DNA from: Trichoplax adhaerens
Lineage: Eukaryota > Animalia > Placozoa
Length of the DNA: 64,000 bases
Assembly: GCF_000150275.1 (NCBI RefSeq)
Contig: NW_002060970.1
Span: 332,197-396,196, forward strand
Reading direction: 5' to 3'
The translations under genes and the position numbers were made by a program. Under the pieces are notes generated by a model. It was not told the DNA's origin. It searched no databases and saw only the letters and a program-made list of their open reading frames with translations. Below, one piece after another: positions 53,995 through 64,000 of the stretch (the stretch's first letter is position 1; every line of letters starts with the position of its first letter).

Positions 53995-54799
53995 TTGGGT
54001 TAGGGATACAATACAACTTCTAGCTTTAAACATGCCGTATATAAATGATTGTATATTTTTTTAAATGTAAAAGTGTTAATGATTCCGTTTTGAGTGGAGC
54101 TAATTGTATAAATGATTGCTATCTTCATGCACTGCAGTGCTGTATCGATATTATAACTACACTTTATATCATAAAGTTTTTAATTTTTCCTTCGATATTA
54201 AAAATATGTAACATATACCAGCTACAGTATATCGACAGCGAATTACGGTGACTTGCCAAATTGTGACTAGGTAGTATTATCAAGAAGATCTTAGAAATGA
54301 TGGTAACAGATTCAATTAATACCAATATCAAAGTAACAGGCCATCCAGTAAGTTTATTATAATTGTCTTATGCTGCCTTGTTACCTTTCTGCTGATGAAA
54401 TAAGAATTATATATCAAATTTCACTTAGATAGGGATAGCAAATTATGAATGTTATCACTAGTAATTCGTATCGAATCATAGTTATGCACAGTCAGTATCT
54501 GAAAAATATCATCATAAAATGTTATAACGAAATGTAAAAAGCGTTATTGATTAAGTAATTTTTTTGCCAATACATGAACTGATTGATCTTTAGCCATGTA
54601 TTAGAATCACTGAGAGTGCAAAAATATTGCATATTTTAAAGCCCAATGAATCGTTAAAACGATTACCAGTTTTCAATATGAGGCCGTTAGAGCGAAAATC
54701 CTCAAATATAAATGTCTATTGCAAAGTTCTGTATGATAATCATCATTTAGATAAATAAATTAATTTCTGATATTGAATATAAAGAGGGCAAATTCGAAA

Positions 54800-57700
54800 T
54801 TAATTTTGAGATTTTACTACTCGAGCTTCATTGTCTTCGTTATCGCTTGGCAAAAGCATGAGCACTGAGGTGTCCATTTCGACGTCGCTTTCTATACCCC
54901 AGCCGGAGCCGTAGCTAATTCTGGGGTAAGCTGGCTCTCCGTGGATTGGTACATCCAAACCTACTCGTGATAAAATCACAAAATGTATATATCAATAAAT
55001 AGACGATAGCATGTGCTATCGATAATTATCCGATACTTTGATTACTAATTATACATTAATATACAACTATCGTGACATTACTAACACAATATATTCAACT
55101 CAGTCCTACTATATAAATGGCAACTGTACTTTAACCACATCGATCACATGCAAATTTGACTAATTTTTTAAAATAGTTTAAGCAGCCTAAAATAATCGTT
55201 TGATTATATGCATAACTGGTGAACTACACTATCAAAACACTTACTAAACTAGCATGACTTTCAGTTGTCGTTCGGCTTTTAATAGGGTATAATAGGGATA
55301 AACAAGAAGTATAATAGCATAAAAACGGTGAATAACATATCTTTACCTTTAATTTCTATCTCTTCGCTAACACGTAAATAACCCGTCTTTTTCAAGATTA
55401 AAAACATCAATCCAGATGTTGCTGAGGTCCATGTGAGGATAGCAAGTAATCCTAACATGTTCCAACCAAATTGTAACCATGACGTTTTATCCATATGTCT
55501 ATAAAATAGGCCAGTTTTAAAGTTGAATAAAGACTGAGCGATCATTCCCCATATTCCAGCATTTAAGTGAACTAAAAATATTAAACGTTGGTTTTATAAT
55601 CCATTTCCATATTTTACAATTGTCAAGAAATCGAGAAATTTGCATATAATAGTTTGTTAAATAGCATAATTTCATTCACAGTACTGAAGGTTTCAGACTT
55701 TCAATAAAATTATCTGTATTTAAATACTCCTACTATAGATAGCCGTAAAAGCTTACCTGAGATAGCATCCAAAGGATCGTCAATCCGAAATTTTAATATT
55801 GCCCAACTCCAAACCATAAATGTTAGTCCAGCAATTGCTCCGATGAGTAGAGCGGCCCATGGATAGATGCTATTACATGATGCACAGACAGATGCCTAAA
55901 TGAAGTGCACATTAACATTATTTAATTTTTCATCAGCTCTTTGATCAGATTCAATCTATCCTAAGTGAAGATCTAAATTTATCTAGGTATTAGATCCTAA
56001 TGAACAAGAGTACATAGATTAAAAATTTCGAACGATTACTCTATGCTTGAAATTTAGTCATAAAATAGCTAAATATGCAATCTAGCAAAATATTTAGCTC
56101 GCGATTCTAACTTACAATCCCTGTTATCAGTCCATTGATACAAGTTAGCAAACTCCAATGGTTCGATAGTTTTGGATGGAGTCGCTTAGTGAATAAAGCA
56201 ACAATGGCGCCACCAGAACCAGCTAATATAGAATTGATACCAATCAGTGCAATTTTAGGAGCGTCAAGAGAGCCATTTACGCGAAAGTAAGAGCTAACAT
56301 TGAAAGTTATCAATCCAAAAGCCAGAATAAACCCACCCAGAGCAACAAACTATAGTATTCAAAACGGTGAAAGGATAAATAATTCGTGATATAATTACTT
56401 TTATATCGCTATATTTATATGAAGTATCATCGATTTCTCCTATGGATCTATCCGACACTGAAAAGATTAACTCCCAAAACATAAGCTAGATAAATCATTA
56501 TAGCGCTATTAGTTCCTAAAGATAGCAACTAGATTAGAAATTATTTATAAACATAGAAAGAATCATTATTAAGACTAACTGGAACAGTATGGCCAGGCAA
56601 ATTTTTAGGATTGCCATTTTTATCGAATCGCCCAAGTCGTGGACCCAGAAATAGAGCTCCAATTAAAGCGCACATACCTCCAACTCCATGTATTAAAGAG
56701 CTGCCAGAAAAATCCTTCGTGATAATCGTTAGATTCAAAAGAAGAATGGTTATAGTAAATTTGTTTGCATATAATGTAATAGATAATAAATTATTACAGC
56801 AAGTTTCATTAATTTGTAGTCTAACCTGGTAACTTGCTCCAGGTACGCCAATCATAAGCCATCCATGAGGATCCCATGCCCAGTGTGAAGCAATTGGATA
56901 GATGAAAGCTATACGACAAATAGATAATCCTTTTAAAGACGGTTGTAGTATTTCTCTACTTTAGAATTTTATTCTCTTACTTCTACATTTCTTATTCGAA
57001 ATATTGATGGCTATGGCAATATCAACATTAAAATAAATCATATCCAAAAAAACTGCAGCCATAGAACTTGCACTTACAGGTAATAACAGCAGAATAGACT
57101 AGATAAGATGTAAATTTAATTCTTTCAGCAACAGCTCCACTGACAATACTAGCTGCAGTAGCTGCATAAACGTAATTACACCACCAAAAAGAATAGCCGG
57201 GCCCGGGTAAATTAATGAGTAGGAAGTATTTTGTGCCAATAAATGTGTTACCATCTCCAAAAGCGAACGCGTAACCAACAGCCCAATATGAGATAGCTCC
57301 GATAACTACGTTAAAATTGATAGTTTGGTATAGTTATAACCAATAAAATCTCATATCTATTTTCTACTTACGCATATCCACTACATTCTTAATAAGAATA
57401 TTGGTTGTATTCTTAGATCGAACGGAACCAGCTTCTAAGAAGGCAAATCCCGTTTGCATAACTATTGAGTAAGGAAAAGAACGGTTATCGCAAAATGCTC
57501 ATCCTTAACGTTGAACGTAATATTTTAGTCTATTCCAGGAACACTCAATTATGTATATTTAAAAGTCAGAAAAGCAGTTTTTAAGTTGCAATGAAAGTTT
57601 ATGTATTCTTAATATTACGATACGCTGAATAAGTATATAGTTGTAGACATAGAAGTGTATCTTGAGCGTATATTGATGACTTCAATATCACGATCGTATA

Positions 57701-58966
57701 TGTATGTAAGTTTTCGGTTTCAAGCATACCTTAAAGCCTATTTTTCTCATATAGTTCGCAATCACAATAAATGAGTGATTGATTAAGTATGGATACACAA
57801 ATTAATTGAGTAGAAATTTAAATACAGTCTCTGTTATCCCCAAAATAGCCGTGTCATATGTAATGCACCATACTGCAGAAAATTGTTTAGCAATTCAATT
57901 TATCTGTCTATTTTCTGTCTGTTTAAATTTTACCTATCCATCTACATATGAATTCATATCAATCTATTTCCTCTTATTTAACTATATAACGCATTCTTTG
58001 CAATGATCTACATATATAGATACATACAGTTCCGTGCATTTATTTACATTCATGCTTAATTATCTCTCAAGCTTCATCTAGGAGTATTTATCATTTTATA
58101 TTCGTATATCTAGTCAGCTACTTCATTTATCTTCAGGGATATAATATAGTTTGACGATAAAGTGTAAATAAGAAAATTCTAACAAGTCAATTAAGTTCAA
58201 GTAAAAAGGTATATTAATTTTCATAGATGGTTTTAAAATCTGTACTATCCGATCTGTTTTTAACAATATGACACGACAATATGGTGTAAAACAGGATAAA
58301 ATCTTGGCGGTAAGAATGAAATAAAGAAGGCTTTACGTAAATGATATTTGATTAAAAAAACGTTTTTCAGTCTGCCTAGTCCATCTATTCGTATTTTGTA
58401 TTTTCTTATTTATATTAACATCTAGTTTAATATGAAATATAGTTGAGCTAAACATGCCAACTAACATTAAATATATATATATGCAGATATGAAATCAAAT
58501 AAGTGTAGAACAGATTTAAGGGAAAAATTAAAATCAGCCTGGCGGCGTCCATCAATTCAGTATTCCCTTGAGAATACGCGTAGTCTTATGAAAACCTATA
58601 AAATACTATATAAATTAATGAAAAAAGCGGACCACATCCCTGTTGAAATACGTTAAATCGAATGTATCTGATTTTGAAGTTATTTGTACTGATGTAAGGT
58701 GTTTGTATCACTTCTTAAAAACCAGCAGCAAGATCGATATAATTCTATCTACAGTGTACGAACTAGTCAAATGCATGCCATATGTTATTTCTATATATCA
58801 AAGTCAAAATAAGCTTTAAATATGTATTTCCTACTAACTTACAGAAAACGATAAGGCCAGTAACGATGTGAAAGATTCCTATTACATTATATTCTAGCGT
58901 ATTTAATTGCCACGGATTCTTTGTCGATGTTACGTTGGAAGCGATCAATATCCCACTCGTTGACAT
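54800..58966 (-). CDS. Ammonium transporter (Amt family), complete, multi-exon
   Basis: FMQTGFAFLEAGSVRSKNTTNILIKN, IVSGAVAER, YPIASHWAW, DFSGSSLIHGVGG, LGPRLGRF, IDDPLDAISVH, EEIEIKGLDVPIHGEPAYP; stop at 54800-54802. Confidence 0.95.
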
Positions 58967-61900
58967 CTTACAGTGGATTAAGGCTAGATATGGTTGCTCA
59001 TCAATTTGTAAAATTAACGAATAGCTTAAGACTTAATCCGCTATGCTTAAAGCTAAACTATCATATCACCGCCCTACAGTTAAATCAACTATCACGTTAA
59101 TTTTAAATTGATAAACTAGAATAACGTAAAGAATTCAGAATCCACAAACTTTAATTCCCTTTGGATATACATAATCAGTCGCAGATGATGATACAATCTT
59201 ATTTAGAGCCGCTTCCATAAATATTAAAACAAATGCATGCAATGACTATATTCCAATGATCAGCAGTTGGTCTAGCCTAACCTATTTACTTTTTAATAGT
59301 AGAACAAAGCTAACCCAGCCGCCATTGTCATCTATTTTATCATCTTAAATCACATAATACAACTATTGATTTATTATTTGTACAGAATTCAGCGGTTATT
59401 ATATTGTTAACTTGATCAATACACTTTTGATTACAGATTTGGCCATGGTAACCAAGCACAAAGAACTCTCATCGACTCTTTATATATACGCGAATTATAT
59501 ATTAGATGATTGGATTTATCAGCAGTCCTCCTTTCTTAATTAAATGTACTCTTAGGCTCTTTATTCTGTAAGCTTGAATAGTTGTACTATTACTAAAGGT
59601 ATTTAACTTCATAAATTTATTACTGAAGGTACTCGTTGCAGTAAACTACAAGTGTATCCATTCAATCGATATTATCTTCATGCGTTACTTCAAACAGTAA
59701 GCAATTGGAAAGACCTTCGCCCTCCATATACTGTAATATTAGATTGCTAAGCCTTTATTTACATCATTCATTTACTGTATCCAGAAACGTGTATTGTAAG
59801 ATTTTAAACAATTACTGACAGAATTTAAATAACTTAGTTCTACAATATTTGAGATAGTTATTAAAAGTCATTTGCTAGATGTGAATGAAGCATGTATGTT
59901 AATAAAAATAAATAGTAACCGTATAGAAGTAAGATATCTATTTCTCCTCTATAATAAAAATTCGAAGGTCAGATTATGGATCTCCACGTACAGATATTAG
60001 CGATGATAATTATGATGATTTATTATTATTATTTTTATACACTTTTACTGCCATTCCGGTAGTTGCAAATAGATTTGGCGTTAATTGCTTCGTCTACCTA
60101 TGGTATTATAGGTAATTGTCTTGATGTCGTTAATTATAAAGGTATGGAGTAGAACATTAGCTATCTGTTAATCCATCCCATCAGTTAATTATCGTAGCAC
60201 TTACTTCCTTTCCATTTTGACTATACACTATTGCCTTGTTTCATAATAATATTAATATCTGTTTGTGTAAATAAATCCGTTGACTGATTGAACTGAATTG
60301 CAGTACGACATTATTTCTCATTTTATACTATCGGCTTATCTTATAAGGAACTTGATCATCTTATTAGCAATAGAATCTTAATTCATTTTTTTTGTCGACT
60401 ACATATTAAATTATGTACTGCGAATGCTCTGTCTTTGATAAATTAGATTTCCTGCTATACTACCTCGTAATAATTTTCCTAATTCTTTCAATTTCATTGT
60501 CTGTAATAGAATTATGAGATCAAGATACCTGCTGATCATCCTGTCAGGTCATTGCTGTTGGATCATACTTTCTAGTAATGATTTCCATCATCAGTTTATT
60601 TCACAACATACACGTCTGTCACAACCGAGATTGCAGCACAAAAATTAGCGGGATTTTTCCTCTAAAGCAATCTTAACTATCTAAGCAACTAACAGTAAGC
60701 ACACTTTAATCTACCAATTCTAGATTTGAGTTTTAGACGATAAAATGCTCAAGTTAAGAATCAAAACTTTATTCTAAATGCTATTTATTAAGTGGCCGAT
60801 TAAGCTCGCAACTTGCAATCTTCTACTAAATACTGATGACCATCTATTATCGACTAACTTATCAACTCTCTCAATTAAGAACTTTGAGGCTTTTATATAA
60901 GCTCACAAACTTCGTTGGTGCAAAACAATAATAAATTTATAGCCAAATCTACATACTGAATATAGTAAGAATTGCAGCACACTTTCAATCACATCTAATA
61001 GTAGTTAATTAATGGCTAGGTGTTAAAATATGATTCATTACTCACCAAAGTTATATCATTGATGACGCAATAATTAATTAATTGTCTCAGTGCCGTGCTG
61101 TAGATTTTTACTAATCTAAGAAATGATAATTAATCTTGAGATTTTACTGTTTATTTAAAATTTAAACTTTTTCCAAGGATCCATACTCGATCTTTGGTAG
61201 TAATTCAAAAATTGGCATTTTTAAGATTATTGAGTTACCGTTAATTTCAAACTGTTCAGAAGCGGATAAAAAGACGTCCATAGAATATTATAATATTAAA
61301 TTTCAGTAGCAGATGGGATCTGTCTTATTATATTTTGATTACACATCGCTAGCTAGCTGTGAGGCAAAATTGACTACTGTACTGGCCATGGAATACTGAC
61401 CAATCAACTTATTTCTCATAAACGGTTTTGTTTATTTGGTTCAAATATTGAAGTAATTTCTTTGTAGAATTACTAGAATTGATCCATAATGAAATATGAC
61501 ACGGATAAATAGCTTAAAAGCGATGATCTCCTAATTGGTTTATTGCTAAAATTAAATATAAGCTCTTTAAAGCATTATCGATAAAGATGGAATATTTTAA
61601 TTGGTAGTAATGATAGTTAGCCGCTCTACAACTTATTAGTTGTACAAAAGTGGCAACGCATCTAGAGTTGCTAATTGTTACAAGATGTTTTACTGCAGAA
61701 ACGACTAAAAATGTAAGAAGCAATGGTTTAATTAAATATTTACCATCTACCATATATCATCGATAATTTCTTTACCAATAAATATTTAGACTAGTATTTA
61801 AATCTAATATTTATCTACTTACCTGTAGGAACGAATGAAAGTGTAAGAGTAATGGTGTAATTGAATATTCATCACTTATACCATTAATACTTTACCGATA

Positions 61901-62571
61901 AATGTTTAGACAAGTATTTAGATCTAATATTCATATATCTAAGTATGGATTGGAATAACCAGAAATAGATCAACCGCTACAGTGAAATATAAAGTATATT
62001 AATATTAATTGGAAACTATATAGATATACTACTGTATTGATACGCTATTTCGATGGCAGTTCAATTTATTAACAAATTCTATAGCATCAGAAACTAATCT
62101 AGACCATTAATACTCTTAAATCTAAAGCTATAATCAAGATGATCCGTGGTTTATCACGTCAAAAACATATATCGTAAGCTTATCTCTACTACTTTACCGA
62201 TATTAAGGTAATATTACTACAATTGATCACACCTGAATCAAAATTGCCTAAAATATTGATGTTAATTCTTTTTCAATTTATTACAATAACTGCTATGCAA
62301 TACATTCTAGTTTTTCGAGAAAAAAACAAACTCTACCGCGATAAGCAACTACAACCCCAATTAGAACTAAGCCAGGATAATTAAAAATTTTCAGAGTTTT
62401 AAATTGTACTCATAAATCACTTCAATTAAAGCTCTATTAATCGTAAAGAATATTAGCTAGTAAGAGTACTTTACTGAAGAAAGATTGTCATATAGGTATT
62501 AATTCTGGATATTATCAACTATCCGAACGATTCAGATTTTCGAGAGTAAGTTTCATTCCTTGTGATGCTGC

Positions 62572-63690
62572 TTATTCCTTCTCCTCTTGGTCCTGCTCTG
62601 GCACTGATGTTTTACGCTGTTTTAACAATATGATAGATTCTTCAACGTCGTAATCATCATCCATGCCCCAACCTGAACCATAAGCAGCTCTAGGATATGC
62701 AGGTTCACCATGAATTGGCAAATCTAAGCCTATCATATTATTGACAAGGAAAAATTTTAAGAATTGAATCTTGTCTCACATAATTTGATGTGATGCAGTT
62801 ATAACAGCTTTTTTCTTGACAATACCTTTCAATTCAATTTCTTCCGATACTCTGAACATTCCAAATTTATTAAGTAGGTAAAACATTAAACCAGATGTCA
62901 ATCCAGTCCACAAAATAATACAACCTAATCCTAATAAGTTCCAACCAAATCGAGCCCACGATAAAGCAGTAAATCCAGTATAAAATATGCTAGTTTTAAA
63001 GTTAAAGATAGGCTGAGCAATAACACCCCATATACCAGCACCCATATGCACTAAAAATTGAATAAGTAAATGGTTATATCGAATAATATTGACATCAATC
63101 AGCTATGATTATGCTTCGATAGCGGTTATTTTACCGGCTGCAGCATCTAATGGATCATCGATTTTGCATCTCAGAAATATCTCACTCCAGCATACATAAG
63201 CAGTAGCAGCTATAGCACCAATTAGTAAAGCTGCCCAAGGATAAACCGCATTACATGATGCACAGATGGATACCTGTAAAATTAAATTTTAATCTTCAGT
63301 TCGAATCTTTCCTTAGTTTTTCATCTGAAAGTGATAAACTAGCGCTTCAATAAATATGGTCCCGGTACTAAAAATTAGCATATCCCAATAATTAATATCG
63401 TGATTTAATGCGAACGAAATCAGTTCATGTTATCTTCGTATATATTTGCTTACTATTCCAGCAAGGCTGCCATTCAAACACACTAATAAACTCCAGCTAT
63501 TACCACCTATCTTTGGGTGTAATCGTTTGATCAATAAGGCAGTTAAACCACCACCGGAGCAAGCCATAGCGGTATTGACAGCAATTAAAGCAGCAACTGG
63601 GCCACCACCGTAGAAAGTAACACGGAATTGAGAACCAACATTGAAGCCAAATAATCCAAAAATAAGAATAAATCCACCAAGGGCAACAAG
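62572..63690 (-). CDS. Second ammonium transporter (Amt family) paralog, 3' half only; 5' exons lie beyond the window
   Basis: Exons encode LVALGGFILIFGLFGFNVGS, WSLLVCLNGSLAGI, SICASCNAVYPWAA, IDDPLDAAAVHMGAGIWG, EEIELKGLDLPIHGEPAYP; intron positions match the neighbouring Amt gene. Confidence 0.93.
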
Positions 63691-64000
63691 CTGTTCAAAT
63701 GAAATTGAAGAATAGTTAAACTCATTGCATATCTTAGTACCGCTAAAGGGCGTAAAAATATTTACTGAAAGTTGCTGTAGAAGTCTTATTTTTAAGTTAT
63801 CGCTATTAAAAAACATTAAACTTGCTAACTAATTTATATACGCTTATAAATAAAGTCTAATTGTGAAAATCGGTCCAGTACAGAAGATTATCATTTTTGC
63901 TAATAATATTTATGTAATTAATTATGAACATATACCCGATATAAATATCGTACGTATTTTAACTTATTTCGATCGGAATTGTAGACTCTTCGTTACATAG

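Noticed and set aside
62515-62574. Open frame continuing 18 codons past the second Amt stop (read-through)
   Set aside because: TAA-G is not a leaky stop context, and an open stretch this short is expected by chance.

Overview
AT-rich eukaryotic (animal) genomic DNA with compact, intron-rich GT-AG genes. The overall style is consistent with a placozoan such as Trichoplax; this is an inference, not a verified assignment. Gene models were assembled by hand from splice sites and reading frame. In order: a 14-exon SLC6 transporter (+) with a divergent substrate/Na1 site and an orphan duplicated exon downstream; a decaying EGF-repeat gene (+); a frameshifted class A GPCR pseudogene (-); RPL29 (+); an mTERF-family gene (-); a divergent alpha-tubulin (+); an intronless FHA-RING-polyAsp-PARP-type zinc finger gene (+); a secreted LDLa plus MEGF-type EGF protein (-); POC1 (-); a TFIIIC subunit 6-like gene (+); and two tandem Amt ammonium transporters (-, the second cut by the window edge). 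Several 126-204 bp tandem repeats are present. The two most notable observations are (1) dense, self-complementary ACAGT/ACTGT (ACWGT) pentamer arrays at the 5' ends of housekeeping-type genes and (2) the FHA-RING ligase ending in a PARP-type zinc finger. No rRNA, tRNA, CRISPR array or intact transposon could be supported.
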